In this document: positions 10,095 through 22,400 of the stretch, in pieces
How the letters are laid out: every line of letters begins with the position of its first letter
How positions within the stretch are numbered: position 1 is the first letter of the stretch
Origin: Candidatus Heimdallarchaeum endolithica
GTDB taxonomy: Archaea; Asgardarchaeota; Heimdallarchaeia; Heimdallarchaeales; Heimdallarchaeaceae
DNA: 64,000 nt
Direction of reading: 5' to 3'
Assembly: GCA_021513715.1 (NCBI GenBank)
Contig: CP084167.1
Coordinates: forward strand, 480,001-544,000
Notes under the pieces: model-generated
Told to the model about the DNA's origin: nothing
Databases searched by the model: none
What the model saw: only the letters and a program-made list of their open reading frames with translations
Position numbers and translations under genes: made by a program

Positions 10095-11231
10095 TTGAAA
10101 AAGAACAAAAGTATATCGGTAATATTTATTTTATGCTTTTTGATTTTTTCGGCAAATAATTACCAAAAATTATTTGCTGAAATAGACGTTTCTAACAATT
10201 TAAACACTAAAACAAACACTAATTCTTCCTCCTTTCAAAATAAAATTTCTAAGAAATATGTTTCTTCCTCAATAATATATACAAGCCATCTAGCAATCGA
10301 AAACGTTAGCATCTCTTATTCTGTGAAATCACTATCTGCTCCAAATATCGTATGTGATAATGGTACTCTCATTACTTTAACTGGAATAAAAATTGTGTTT
10401 ATACTCCTGACAACGTTCAGTGGTGGTCCAGAAGGTGTAACCTTGAACACTACATTCTATTTTGAATTTGGTGACGGTAATACTAAGACAATCGAAACAG
10501 GATCATTAAATTGGCCAATGTTTGTATATACCTACAATTCATCAGGGGTATTTGACTTATATGTTTCTGCAACTTACAATGAAAAAACAGTTACAGATAC
10601 GGGACAAATTATTATTTTAGAAGATACTCAACCACAATTTACATTTGTACCCGATACTAAAACTATTTACAGATACGTAACTCAAGGAAATTTTGATCAA
10701 ATAGAGGAAATTGACCCTATAGAAGATTATCCTACAGCAGACTATCCAAGAGACGTGTTTTTTGAATATAGCGGACAAGAAGGAAATTATCCACTGGACT
10801 TTTACGTTGAATTTACAATTAGAAATAAAACTACTAAAGAAATTCTAGAAGATGAATTTGGGAATGAATTTCAAGTTTATGGAGGTATTTCTGTCTCATC
10901 GAAAGCAGAGTTTGAAGAAAAAGTGAAAAAATTGTCCCTTAATGAGACATATAATTTATTTGGTTTTGGATTTAACGATATTTTCTCAGGTGATGTAGAG
11001 GAACTTTATTCGCTTTATGGACAGATGAACAAAGAATTAAATGTGGAAATAGAATATACATTTGAAATCATCGACTGGGATGGGGAAGAAGCAAATGTAA
11101 CAGGAAGTATTCAACTAGTGATTGTCTATATTGCTCCACAAGGAATAACTTCACAATTTTTACTTTTAGCTCCTTTAACATTAGGTTTAATAACCTTTTT
11201 AATTAAAATAAGGCGTAAAAAAAAGAAATAA
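10095..11231 (+). CDS. Cell-surface protein with PKD-like domain and C-terminal TM anchor plus basic tail
   Basis: Signal peptide; FEFGDG...YTYNSSGVFDLYVSAT PKD pattern; ends in a hydrophobic helix plus KIRRKKKK. Confidence 0.75.
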   Translation: MKKNKSISVIFILCFLIFSANNYQKLFAEIDVSNNLNTKTNTNSSSFQNKISKKYVSSSIIYTSHLAIENVSISYSVKSLSAPNIVCDNGTLITLTGIKIVFILLTTFSGGPEGVTLNTTFYFEFGDGNTKTIETGSLNWPMFVYTYNSSGVFDLYVSATYNEKTVTDTGQIIILEDTQPQFTFVPDTKTIYRYVTQGNFDQIEEIDPIEDYPTADYPRDVFFEYSGQEGNYPLDFYVEFTIRNKTTKEILEDEFGNEFQVYGGISVSSKAEFEEKVKKLSLNETYNLFGFGFNDIFSGDVEELYSLYGQMNKELNVEIEYTFEIIDWDGEEANVTGSIQLVIVYIAPQGITSQFLLLAPLTLGLITFLIKIRRKKKK

Positions 11232-11448
11232 AAATTTTTACTCTTTTTTCTTTTTTTATTTCATTTTTTTGACATCAAATGCAAAAAATTCGTTAAAGGA
11301 GAAGCAATAAAAAACGAATAAATAGGAATTTTTCAAAAATATTTTTCTCAAGGAAATTCCTATTACTGACATAATTTCTATGAAGATAGTGAATCTCTAT
11401 AAAGTAAATTGAATACATTGACATTCCAAAAAATGATACATTAGAAAT

Positions 11449-14400
11449 CTAACTCATGCTTTCTTCCAAATGACTCCAAGTATATCCTTTCTTTTCTTTT
11501 ACTATTTCTTCTGGTTTTCCTTCCGAGATTATGTACCCTCCCATTTTTCCTCCTTCTAGACCTAAATCTATTACATAATCTGCTTGTTTTATCAAATTCA
11601 TTTCGTGATCAATTAGAACCACGCTGTTTCCCTTATTAACCAATCTATGAAGAATTGTAATTAGTTTTTCTAAATCAAATAAGTGTAATCCTTGAGACGG
11701 TTCATCTAAAATATAAATACTATTTCCATAGGTTCTTTTCGATAGCTCTCTTACAATTTTTAATCTTTCAGCTTCCCCACCGCTTATTGTTGTTGTTGGT
11801 TGACCCATTTTCAGATAACCTAAACCTGCTTCTACAGCTAATTTTAATGGAGCACTTATTTTTTCTAGATCTTTAAATAACTCATAAGCTTCTTCAATTG
11901 TCATCTCAAGAATATCAGAGATAGATTTTTGTTTGTACCTTACTGATAGAACTTTTTTGTTATATCTTTTACCCTTGCAAACAGGACAAGTTAGCCATAC
12001 ATCAGATAAGAAAAGTAATTCTACCTTCTTTTGCCCTAATCCTTTACATTCTGGGCATTGTCCTTTTTTTACATTAAAACTAAAATGAGCAGAGCTCATA
12101 CCTCTATTTCTTGATTCAGGTAGTTCAGCATAAAACTTTCTTATTTCATCAAAAACCCCTAAATAAGTTGCTGGAGTTGAACGAACAGATTTACTCATTG
12201 CAGATTGATCTACAGCAATAACTTTTTTGATATCTTCAAAACCTTTAATTTCTTTATGTTTTCCTGCTTCTATCTTCTTTTTAGAAATTTTTTTCTCTAA
12301 AGCTTTTTGTAAAGTATCTATAACCAAAGAAGATTTACCCGCACCTGATACTCCAGAAACAGCAGTAATAATTCCCTTTCCAAACTTTGCTGTAATATTT
12401 TTAAGATTATTTTCTTGTGCTCCTACTAAAGTTATATTTTCTGAAGTTTTTCTTCTTTTAGTAGGCGTTTTTATTTTCTTCTTGCCATAAATATAGCTAC
12501 CAGTAAGAGAAGATTCGCTTTTAAGAACCTCATTGGTTGAACCAAAGTTAATTATTTCTCCTCCTTCTTCTCCTCCCCTTGGTCCTAATTCAATTATATA
12601 ATCAGACTCTTTAATTATTGTATCGTCATGTTCTACTACTATTACGTGATTGCCATTTTCTTTTAATTTCTTCATGGTGTCTAATAGCCTGTTAATGTCT
12701 CTTGGATGTAAACCAATAGTGGGTTCGTCTAAGCAATAAGTTACCCCTATTAATCCACTTCCTATTTGAGAAGCTAAGCGTATTCTTTGTGCTTCTCCAT
12801 TGGATAATGTACTTGCTCTTCGATCAAGAGATAAATATTCTAACCCTACATCTACTAAATATTGTGCTCTTTTCTTTAATTCGGAAAGGATTCGCTCTGC
12901 TATTTTCGACCTTCTTTTATTTAATTTTATATTATTCAGAAATATAAGAAAGTCTTTAACTGAATATTTTGTCAAATCTGTAATTGATTTGTTATTAATC
13001 GTAATAGCTAAAACTTCTGGTTTAAGTTTTTCTCCCTTACAGTCAGGGCAAAGATACTCTGAGTAATATTGGTTCATTTTTTCTTTATATTTTAGCGACC
13101 AAGTAGAATCAGTTTCAGATTTCATCCACTCATCCCAACGAGGAATTAACCCTTCCCATGGTTTTTCTCTAATATATTCTGATACAGATTTACGACTTTC
13201 TTGGCGATAAACTATTTCTACAATTTCGCCATCAGAACCATAAAATAAAGCATGTAGTTGTTGAGGAGTAAAATCTTTTAGAGGAGTAGAGAGAGTGAAT
13301 CCAAAGTGTTTTCCTACTGATTCTAACATACTTCTTCTCCAAGAATTAGGATTGCTCATTCTTTGTGCAGTGTAAGGACCTATTGCTCCTTCAATTATTG
13401 ATTTATTCCAATCTGTAACTATCTTTCTAATGTCAAATTTTCTGATCATTCCCAATCCTGTGCAAGTTGGGCAAGCTCCTGAATAGTGATTAAAACTAAA
13501 TAATCTTGGATGAATCTCTTCTGGGACTTCAATTCCATGCTCTAAACATTCAGCATTGAATGAATACCTTTTTCCTTTTTTATCTGTAGAATATACTTCT
13601 ATTCTCCCTTTTCCAAGTTCTCTAGCTATCTCTAATGAATCAACAAATCGCGTATCTTCAACTTTTGATAAATCTATTCTATCAATAACAACTGAAAGTG
13701 TTTTAACATCATCAATACTAAACTCTTCATCTAAATGGAACAGTTTCTCATTTAGTAAAATTCTTGTATATCCTTCTTTCTTCAGTTCTTTTACTATTTT
13801 AGCTATATCTACTCGCTCTCCATTTAATACAGAAGCAGCAAGGTATATTTTTTTATCATTGAACTCTTTTCTAATCAACTTTGCTATTTCTATTTCTGTT
13901 CTTCGTTTTAATTCAATAGAACATTTAGGACAATGAGGAATACCCACTTTTGCAAAAAGAAGACGAAGATAATCATATATTTCTGTAGTTGTAGCAACAG
14001 TGGAACGAGGATTATGTGATATAGAATGTTGATCTATTGCAATTGAAGGAGTTAAGCCTACTATTTCTTCTACTTCTGACCTTTCTGCACGATTTAAAAA
14101 CTGTCTAGCATAACTGCTCAAACTTTCTATGAATCTTCTTTGCCCTTCAGCAAATAATGTGTCAATAACTAAACTACTTTTTCCACTACCTGAAACTCCT
14201 GTAACAACTACAAGGTTATTTTTTGGTATAGTAAGATCAAGATTTTTCAAGTTGTTCTTTTTTGCTCCTTTTACATAAAGAAAACTACTAGGGTCTAATT
14301 CTTTATCTGATGTCGAGATAGAATCTTTACTTACTGTTTGTTCTTTTTCTAATTCTTTCCTTTCTCCTTCTAAAACCTTTTTTAAAGCTTGACCTGTATA

Positions 14401-17238
14401 TGACTCTTTAATTTGCACAATTTCTTCAGGAGTACCAAAAGCAACTAAGTATCCTCCTTTTTTTTCTCCTCCTTCAGGACCTAAATCAATGATATAATCT
14501 GCAGTTTTTATTACATCGAGCTGATGTTCTATAACAAGTACAGTGTTTCCTTTATCAACTAATTCTTGTAAAACTTTAATTAATTTCTTTATATCTTCAA
14601 AACTTAAACCTGTAGTTGGTTCATCTAAAATATAGAGAGTGTTACCAGTAGCTCTTTTGGATAATTCTCTACTCAATTTTATTCTCTGTGCTTCTCCTCC
14701 AGAGAGTGTTGTAGAAGACTGACCTAATTTTATGTAATCTAAACCAACAGCTTCAAGAGTTTTGAGTATTCTAACAATTTTAGGTTGGTTCTCAAAAACA
14801 TTTAGTGCTTCACTGACAGTCAAGTTAAGTATATCTGCAATAGAAAATCCTTTGTACTTAATTTTAAGTGTTTCATCATCATATCTTTTTCCTTTACAAA
14901 TTTCACACTCTACCTCAACATCAGGTAAAAGAGACATTTCTATAGTGTTAAAACCTTTTCCTTGACAAGCTTCGCATCTACCAGGGCTGTTATTAAAACT
15001 AAATCTAGTTTTTGTATATCCTCTTAATTTAGCTGTTGGAAGAGAAGAAAATAAGTCTCTAATAGGGTCAAGCATCTTTGTGTAAGTTGCAGGATTTGAG
15101 CGTGTAGTTCTTCCTATAGGTAATTGATCAATAACAACTACTTTGTCGATATTCTCGACTCCTTTCAAAGTCTTAAATTTTCCTGCTTTTTGTTTTCCAT
15201 GGTGTAACTTATTTACTAAAGCAGGATAAAGAGTATCAGAAACTAAACTACTTTTACCGCTTCCAGAGACTCCAGTAACACATACAAATGTCCCTAAAGG
15301 TATCTTTACATCTATTTTCTTTAGGTTGTTGTGTTGAGCTCCTCTTAACTCGAGAAAAACATTACTTTTTCTTCTCTTTTTAGGAACTGGAATTGTGTCA
15401 AGATTTAGTAAATATCTTGCTGTAAAAGAGCGTTTGGCGTCTTTTTCAGTTATTTCACTAGGCTTTTTAGAAAAAAGTAACTCTCCACCTAAACTACCTG
15501 CTCGAGGACCTAAATCTATTAAAACATCTGCACTTTGCAAGGTGTCTTCATCATGTTCAACAACAATAACTGTGTTTCCACCATCACGTAGCGTCTTTAA
15601 AGAAGATAGAAGCTTTTCATTATCTCTATTTGCTAAACCAATACTAGGTTCATCTAAAACATAACTTACTCCTTGAAGTTTAGCTCCTATTTGAGTTGCT
15701 AATCTCGTTCTTTGAGCTTCTCCACCGCTTAAATCAACAGCACTACGATCTAAAGTAAGATAATGAAGACCTACCTCAATCAAAAAATATAATCTACTTA
15801 TGATTTCCCTAAGAAGAGGTTTAGCTATTTTTTTTTCCTCAGGAGAAAGATTTAAACTGTTAAAGAAATTATAACATTCTTCTATAGACATTTGATTAAG
15901 TTCAGCAATATTCTTTCCATGGAAAAGTACAGAAAGACTTTCATTTTTCAACCTTAGTCCTCGACAATCAGGGCAAGTTTGAAGTTCCATATATTGTTCT
16001 AAACGTTCTTTCATGCTCTTAGAAGACGTTCTGTAATAACCTGCCATTGTTGCTGGAATGAAACCTTTCCATTTTACATCAGATGTCCCGCGACCTTTCC
16101 AGACACTATCTTTTTCTCCCCATTTCCAATTAATGGTATACTCTTTACTTCCAGTACCATACATTAGAATATGTTTATGTTCTTCTGGTAAATCTTTCCA
16201 AGGAATAGAAATATTAATACCTAAATGTTTAGCAATCTGAGCAATAGAATTTTTGCTTAACCCTGTATAAGTGAAGTGATCTCCACTTTTCGTCTGTAAA
16301 GCTATTGCATGTTCTAATAAAGGCCTATCAGGATTAATAACTAGTTTTTCAGGAACGATTTGAGGGAGCTTACCTAGTCCTTTACATCTTGGACAAGCTC
16401 CAACAGAAGAATTATAAGAAAAATCTCTAGGATGAAATTCATTTACAGATAAACCACATTGTGGGCAAACAAGCTTATTAGAAAAAATTTTCTTTTCTTT
16501 TTCTCCAATAATCTTTACTTTTCCATCAGCTAGATCTAAACATAAATCTACACTATCACGGATACTAGCTTCATTTTTTCTTAAACATTTATTTCTATCA
16601 ATTATTATTTCAATATCATGAGCAACATATCTCTCTAATTTTGGCGTCCTTTCATCTAAATTTATCGCTTCTCCATCAATTATTAAACGAGTGAATCCTT
16701 CTCCTTTCCATTTAGCGAGTTCTTTCCTGTATTCACCTTTCCTTTGCTTAAACATAGGTGCAATAATCTTGATCTTTTGTCCTTCAAAAGAAGCAAATAT
16801 TTGATCAATAATTTGATCTGATGGTTGAGCATCTATTTTTACTCTACAAATAGGGCAGAGAGGAACACCAACTCTAGCAAAAAGAACACGCATATAATCA
16901 TATATTTCAGTTAAAGTACCGACAGTACTTCGAGGGTTCCTTGAGATTGTCTTTTGGTCAATAGAAATTGTAGGACGCAAACCTTCAATATGCTCTACAT
17001 CAGGGCGATCGAAATTACCTATAAATTGTCTAGCATAAGCAGACAAAGTTTCCATATATCTTCTCTGAGCTTCAGAAAAAATTGTGTTAAATGCTAAAGA
17101 ACTCTTACCACTTCCAGAAACGCCACTAATAACAACTAGTTTATCATGAGGAATAGAAATACTAACATCTTTCAAGTTATTTTCTCTAGCTTTAATAATT
17201 TTTATACTGTCCGTACTAACTGTCATATAATTATTCAC
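11449..17238 (-). CDS. uvrA: Excinuclease ABC subunit A, double-length (two fused UvrA units)
   Basis: 1929 aa with four Walker A motifs (GVSGSGKSSL x3, GVSGAGKSSL), four signature motifs (LSGGEAQR x2, LSNGEAQR, ISGGEAER) and UvrA zinc fingers. Confidence 0.95.
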   Translation of the reverse strand: MNNYMTVSTDSIKIIKARENNLKDVSISIPHDKLVVISGVSGSGKSSLAFNTIFSEAQRRYMETLSAYARQFIGNFDRPDVEHIEGLRPTISIDQKTISRNPRSTVGTLTEIYDYMRVLFARVGVPLCPICRVKIDAQPSDQIIDQIFASFEGQKIKIIAPMFKQRKGEYRKELAKWKGEGFTRLIIDGEAINLDERTPKLERYVAHDIEIIIDRNKCLRKNEASIRDSVDLCLDLADGKVKIIGEKEKKIFSNKLVCPQCGLSVNEFHPRDFSYNSSVGACPRCKGLGKLPQIVPEKLVINPDRPLLEHAIALQTKSGDHFTYTGLSKNSIAQIAKHLGINISIPWKDLPEEHKHILMYGTGSKEYTINWKWGEKDSVWKGRGTSDVKWKGFIPATMAGYYRTSSKSMKERLEQYMELQTCPDCRGLRLKNESLSVLFHGKNIAELNQMSIEECYNFFNSLNLSPEEKKIAKPLLREIISRLYFLIEVGLHYLTLDRSAVDLSGGEAQRTRLATQIGAKLQGVSYVLDEPSIGLANRDNEKLLSSLKTLRDGGNTVIVVEHDEDTLQSADVLIDLGPRAGSLGGELLFSKKPSEITEKDAKRSFTARYLLNLDTIPVPKKRRKSNVFLELRGAQHNNLKKIDVKIPLGTFVCVTGVSGSGKSSLVSDTLYPALVNKLHHGKQKAGKFKTLKGVENIDKVVVIDQLPIGRTTRSNPATYTKMLDPIRDLFSSLPTAKLRGYTKTRFSFNNSPGRCEACQGKGFNTIEMSLLPDVEVECEICKGKRYDDETLKIKYKGFSIADILNLTVSEALNVFENQPKIVRILKTLEAVGLDYIKLGQSSTTLSGGEAQRIKLSRELSKRATGNTLYILDEPTTGLSFEDIKKLIKVLQELVDKGNTVLVIEHQLDVIKTADYIIDLGPEGGEKKGGYLVAFGTPEEIVQIKESYTGQALKKVLEGERKELEKEQTVSKDSISTSDKELDPSSFLYVKGAKKNNLKNLDLTIPKNNLVVVTGVSGSGKSSLVIDTLFAEGQRRFIESLSSYARQFLNRAERSEVEEIVGLTPSIAIDQHSISHNPRSTVATTTEIYDYLRLLFAKVGIPHCPKCSIELKRRTEIEIAKLIRKEFNDKKIYLAASVLNGERVDIAKIVKELKKEGYTRILLNEKLFHLDEEFSIDDVKTLSVVIDRIDLSKVEDTRFVDSLEIARELGKGRIEVYSTDKKGKRYSFNAECLEHGIEVPEEIHPRLFSFNHYSGACPTCTGLGMIRKFDIRKIVTDWNKSIIEGAIGPYTAQRMSNPNSWRRSMLESVGKHFGFTLSTPLKDFTPQQLHALFYGSDGEIVEIVYRQESRKSVSEYIREKPWEGLIPRWDEWMKSETDSTWSLKYKEKMNQYYSEYLCPDCKGEKLKPEVLAITINNKSITDLTKYSVKDFLIFLNNIKLNKRRSKIAERILSELKKRAQYLVDVGLEYLSLDRRASTLSNGEAQRIRLASQIGSGLIGVTYCLDEPTIGLHPRDINRLLDTMKKLKENGNHVIVVEHDDTIIKESDYIIELGPRGGEEGGEIINFGSTNEVLKSESSLTGSYIYGKKKIKTPTKRRKTSENITLVGAQENNLKNITAKFGKGIITAVSGVSGAGKSSLVIDTLQKALEKKISKKKIEAGKHKEIKGFEDIKKVIAVDQSAMSKSVRSTPATYLGVFDEIRKFYAELPESRNRGMSSAHFSFNVKKGQCPECKGLGQKKVELLFLSDVWLTCPVCKGKRYNKKVLSVRYKQKSISDILEMTIEEAYELFKDLEKISAPLKLAVEAGLGYLKMGQPTTTISGGEAERLKIVRELSKRTYGNSIYILDEPSQGLHLFDLEKLITILHRLVNKGNSVVLIDHEMNLIKQADYVIDLGLEGGKMGGYIISEGKPEEIVKEKKGYTWSHLEESMS

Positions 17239-17626
17239 TTAGAAGCCACTGGTAAGTGTAAAAAATGCCTAGATTTCAATATTTAAACTTGTATATTAAT
17301 CAAGAAATAAAAAATAAAGAAAGAATCAAAGTATTATTGTGAGATTAACTTGTATCGATAACTAGAATCTTGTACTTTTTAGCATAAATCTTACTCATAT
17401 AAAAAAAGAAAAAAGAATCAATTCTAGAAATAAGTCTTTTTGAATTCTTAGAATGAGAATAAACAAAGAGAATATTTAGAAATAAATAATTTCGTTCTCT
17501 TTTCTAAAGAAAAATTTCCATAATCAAAACTTTGAATTTGTATTTTCTATTTTAATATTAAAAAATCAAACGTTTCTAATTGAATAAAATTTATAATTTT
17601 TGATACTATTCATTTAATGGATAAAT

Positions 17627-18502
17627 ATGCTTTTCTTCAAAAAAATAAAACGAATAATTATACTTAAGAAGTTTTTCAATGTGCAGAATCAACAACTGAA
17701 CGAGTTTTTTGAAAAAACAGAAGAATTAAAACAAAAAAAAGTTTCAATTATAGACTTCAATAATACTTTGAATCCCATAATAGGTAAAATAAATCAAATT
17801 ATTGAAAATCATCCTAAAAGTAAAGTCCTGAAAAAAACTATGAAAAAAAGATGGTCTCGCTTATTATGGAAAAAAAAAGGTAATGCTAAAGAAATTGAAA
17901 AAACCCTTGTAAATATAACAATTATTTTAGATAAATTAGATAGTTCGATTTTCAAGAATTTTGAAGATGAAATAGATAACCTATTAGAAGACATAATGGA
18001 AGTAGATTATGCATATGACAAGTTAGATGAAATAAAACAAATGATCAACAATTTTGATACATTGCTTGAAAAAATGATTTCAATATTCAATTTTTATGCT
18101 TTACTAATTTCAAATGAAGCAATAAAAAATTTCGATGATTCCATTGAAAAAATAGAAAATGAGACTTTGAAATGGAAAACAGAAATAGATACATATGAAA
18201 TATTAAAAGAAGCTATTGAAGAAAGAGCAGAAAAAATAAACAGACTTAAAGTGTTTAATGATTTATTTGTTAAATTAGAAAATATAACCATCACAGAATT
18301 AATGGAAAAACTATACTTTGAAAATAGAGAAAATTTAGAAAAGTGGCTGTTAGAAAATATTCCAACAAACAATTTTACGATTGATGGTGAAATATTAAGT
18401 TTTAATAAAAAAGTAAGCAGAAATGAGATAGCTGAAGCAATAGACTCTTTACTAGAAGATTATGAAAAATGGATAAAACAAGGGATAGGAAAAAAGGTGT
18501 AA
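17627..18502 (+). CDS. Coiled-coil protein with C-terminal winged-helix (PCI-like) module and IDSLL...GKKV tail
   Basis: C-terminus NITITELMEKLYFENRENLEKWLLE...FTIDGEIL...EIAEAIDSLLEDYEKWIKQGIGKKV parallels 1061-1831. Confidence 0.75.
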   Translation: MLFFKKIKRIIILKKFFNVQNQQLNEFFEKTEELKQKKVSIIDFNNTLNPIIGKINQIIENHPKSKVLKKTMKKRWSRLLWKKKGNAKEIEKTLVNITIILDKLDSSIFKNFEDEIDNLLEDIMEVDYAYDKLDEIKQMINNFDTLLEKMISIFNFYALLISNEAIKNFDDSIEKIENETLKWKTEIDTYEILKEAIEERAEKINRLKVFNDLFVKLENITITELMEKLYFENRENLEKWLLENIPTNNFTIDGEILSFNKKVSRNEIAEAIDSLLEDYEKWIKQGIGKKV

Positions 18503-18533
18503 AAAACAAGTTGTAAATAAAACAAAAAGGAAA

Positions 18534-18932
18534 TTAGCGATCGTTAGAAATTAAACAATTAATTTTTTCTAAAATAGTTTTTAGTCTAAAGGGTTTTCTA
18601 ATATAATGTAAACCTAATTCTTCAATTTGACGCTGAATAGTACCTTGAAATGCTGTTATTGCTATAATTGGAAGATAAAAATTAGAGAGAATTATTCTAG
18701 AAGCCTCAATTCCGCTCATTTCTGGCATTTTAATATCCATCAATATAAGATCAGGTTTCCATTCATTTGCAATAGCCACAGCTTCTTTACCGTTCTTTGC
18801 CATTTTGATTTCAAAAGAATCTTTCAAGAATTCTTGAAAGATATTTCTTATATCCTCCTCGTCATCTGCTACAAGAATCTTCTTTGTAGGGTTGGAAAAA
18901 GTTGTAAGATTGTTTGATAAATTTAATAACAT
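18534..18932 (-). CDS. Single-domain response regulator (CheY-like receiver)
   Basis: ILVADDE, PDLILMDIKMPEMSG, IAITA and KPF motifs. Confidence 0.92.
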   Translation of the reverse strand: MLLNLSNNLTTFSNPTKKILVADDEEDIRNIFQEFLKDSFEIKMAKNGKEAVAIANEWKPDLILMDIKMPEMSGIEASRIILSNFYLPIIAITAFQGTIQRQIEELGLHYIRKPFRLKTILEKINCLISNDR

Positions 18933-19199
18933 AATATAATAACCTTATCTAAGAAAATTAAATTAACATAACTTAAAAGAACTAGTATATTACAAAAATA
19001 AGAAACTAGTGAAAAATGATTTAATTAACAAACTATTGTTAATCATGTTTTCTTATTCTTGAAACGCATTTCTGCCCTTCTATCTACCTGATACACCTTT
19101 GTTTCAAAAAGTATTTTTTACGTAAAAAATTTTTTCTATGGAAACTAGATCAACAATAAAAGAATGACTAAACATTACATAAGAAGAAGAACAATCTTT

Positions 19200-19370
19200 A
19201 GTAAATTCTTGGGATTTGAAACAGAAATAGAGTTTGAAAAATAGTTAATCTAAAATTATGTAAAAATGACAGAACTAGAAATGGAAGAAAATGTCTTGAT
19301 TAGTCATAAAAAAAGAAAAGACGAACATGAAAAAATATTCAAAAAATAAAACATTTTTTTGAAACTCTAA
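19200..19370 (+). pseudogene. Degenerate remnant of the winged-helix C-terminus of an LRR-type paralogue of 1841-2635
   Basis: Translates SKFLGFETEIEFEK*LI*NYVKMTELEMEENVLISHK versus AQFLSFESEIEFENWLLNEYGDIKTFEMTGEYLVINK; TAG at the conserved Trp position. Confidence 0.75.
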
Positions 19371-19405
19371 ATTTATAAAAAAAAAGGAAATAGAGAAATT
19401 CTTTT

Positions 19406-22400
19406 TTACTCTCGTTTTCCATCTTTGGAATCGGACCACTGTTCAAACTGTTTGAGAAGAGAATCAATAACTTGACTAATTTCGTCCTTTTCTCTCTCAG
19501 TTGCTATAGATTCTTGTTCAAAAATAATTACATCATCTTGAATGACATATTTAAATCCTAATTCTTGATTCTTTAGCCATGAAAACAGAGAACTTTTAGA
19601 ACGAAGTTTTAACAAGAACACAAGTTTGTCAACATTAATCTTTCTATGAACAGCTATGATTCGTCTTAGAGTCTCTAATCTTTCTTGATTAAGTTGATAA
19701 TCAAGATAAAGTCCTTTTATTTCGTTTAGTAATTCTTCAATTTCATCTTTCTTTTGTTTTACTTCAATTTCTTTTGATTTAATTAGATTTTCAAGTTTAG
19801 ACCAATATGAAGCAAGTTTAGAGAAGGTGAATTCGTCAATAAAATTCTTCGTATCAGAGATTAAATTTTGAATACTTGTAAAAGTATTCAACAGCATATC
19901 AAAATTAGAAATGTCTACCACTGCATTTAGTTGAGTTGCATCTTTAAAAGTAGTTTTTTCTAAAACTTTTTTTATTCTGTTTACCTCGATTTCCAGATCT
20001 ATTTTTTCTATTTCTTTAGCGGTAAAGTCACGGAATTCATCTAAAAGAGTTGTAACCCTTCGTTTTGTTTCTATCCACTCAGACTCTTTAAGTAACTCTG
20101 GTTGAGATAAAAAATGAGTAGCAAAGGAACGAACAAAAGAAAGAAAATCATTACTGAACTGTATATAATCGTTCACAAAAGCTGAATCAAAGAAAGAATT
20201 CTTATGGTGTACTAAATCTCGAAACAATCTTTCCAGTTTATCAGCTTGTTGAACAAATCCTAGTAATATGTTTCTCTTCTTCTTCTTCCTTGAAAAGACT
20301 ATGACAAAAATGAAAAAAATAACAAATAAAAGAGGTAAGGTAATAAATAAAAATATATGTAAATAAGATAATTCCTTTTTGAGTGGATTTGTTCCGTTTG
20401 CTATTTCTTCACCGTCTAATATTCCATCATCATCTGTATCTGAATTATTGGGATCTGTGTTATAATAAGTGATTTCATCGTAATCACTTACACCATCATT
20501 GTCAGAATCAGAGTTATTGGGATCTGTGAAATAGGTTTTAACTTCTTGTCCGTCTAAAAGTCCATCATTATCAGAATCAGAGTTATTGGGATCTGTGAAA
20601 TAGGTTTTAACTTCTTGTCCATCTAAAAGTCCATCATCATCTGTATCTGAATTATTGGGATCTGTGAAATTAGTATTCTCTTCAAGATTGGTTAATCCAT
20701 CATTATCAATATCATCAGATGAATCGTTTGCGAGAGGGTTTAAAGAATTTTCAACTTCCCATCCATCGGGCATACCATCATCATCAGAATCATTATTATT
20801 GGCATACGTACCAAGTAGATATTCATCAATATTTGATAAATCATCATTATCCAAATCTTCATTAGCATCATTATGGAGCGGATTTAGACTGTTTAATACT
20901 TCGTAACCATCAGGTATTCCATCATCATCAGAATCACTATTACTCGGATTAGTTCCATATTTATATTCTTCTAAGTTAGTTAAGTTATCACTATCGGGAT
21001 CTTCAGCAGTATCATTATTCAGTGGATCTAAAGTGTGGTATACTTCCCACCCATCAGGCATACCATCGCTATCAGTATCTGAATCTAAAGGATCAGTAGA
21101 ATAGGTGTGTACTTCTTCTCCATCTAAAAGAGTATCAGAGTCAGAATCACTATTGTTGGCATACGTACCAAGTTGATATTCATCAATATTCAAAAGTCCA
21201 TCATTGTCCAAATCATCATTTGAGTCATCAAAATTTGGATTTAATCCATTAGCTATCTCATAAGCGTCAGGAATAGAATCTCCATCAGAGTCAATTATAG
21301 AAGGTTCTACGGTAATAGTTACTAATTCAGTATAAGCATGATTTCCTGAAGTATCATTTACCCAAACATAGAAAGAAACTTTTGTACCAGCAGTAAAAGT
21401 GCCCAAATTAGCTGTATAATTATCATTGGAAACATTAGTCATTTCAATTTGTATGAAATCTGGATGTCCCGTGTAATTATAATAACAAAAGACTAGATCT
21501 ACGAAAACATTATCTGTTACAACAATAGAAAAAGTCAAATTTTGCTCTTCTGTATTTGATATTACAGGAATATTACCTATAACAGGTGGTTCAGTATCGG
21601 GATAATCATTAGAATCATTAGGATCAGTACCTGTTTGTATTTCTTCATAATCAGAAAATGTATCATTATCAGAGTCGGAATCTTGTGGATCAGTATCATA
21701 TATGTATTCTTCTAAATTGGTTAAATTATCTGAATCAGCATCTAATGCTGAATCATTTGTTAGTGGATCTAGAGAATTGTTAACTTCCCATCCATCAGGC
21801 ATGGAATCATCATCAGAGTCACTGTCGTTTGGATCGGTAGAGTACGTATTTACTTCTTCTCCATCTGTTAATCCATCACTATCTGAATCACTATCTTGAG
21901 GGTCAGTACTTTGTGAATATTCTTCTAGGTTCGTTAAACCATCATTATCTGTATCTTCACTTGCATCGTCCACTAATGGATTAAGTGAATAGTTTATTTC
22001 CCATCCATCAGGCATGGAATCACTATCAGAATCAGAATCCAATGGATTAGTAAAGTACGTATTTACTTCTTCTCCATCTGTTAATCCGTCATTATCTGAA
22101 TCACTATCTTGAGGATCACAGTTATTCGTATACTCCTCTAGATTCGTTAATCCATCATTATCTGGGTCTAAAGCAGAGTCATCTGTTAGAGGGTCTAAAG
22201 AATTGTTAACTTCCCATCCATCAGGCATGGAATCATCATCAGAGTCACTGTCGTTTGGATCGGTAGAGTACGTATTTACTTCTTCTCCATCTGTTAATCC
22301 ATCACTATCTGAATCACTATCTTGAGGATCACAGTTATTCGTATACTCCTCTAGGTTCGTTAATCCATCATTATCTGGGTCTAAAGCAGAGTCATCTGTT

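Noticed and set aside
12227-16240. Short + strand ORFs inside uvrA, and similar antisense ORFs elsewhere (e.g. 71-253, 1600-2007, 4213-4566, 6995-7309, 26637-26993, 63633-63854)
   Set aside because: They are shadow frames opposite well-supported genes or pseudogenes and show no motifs.
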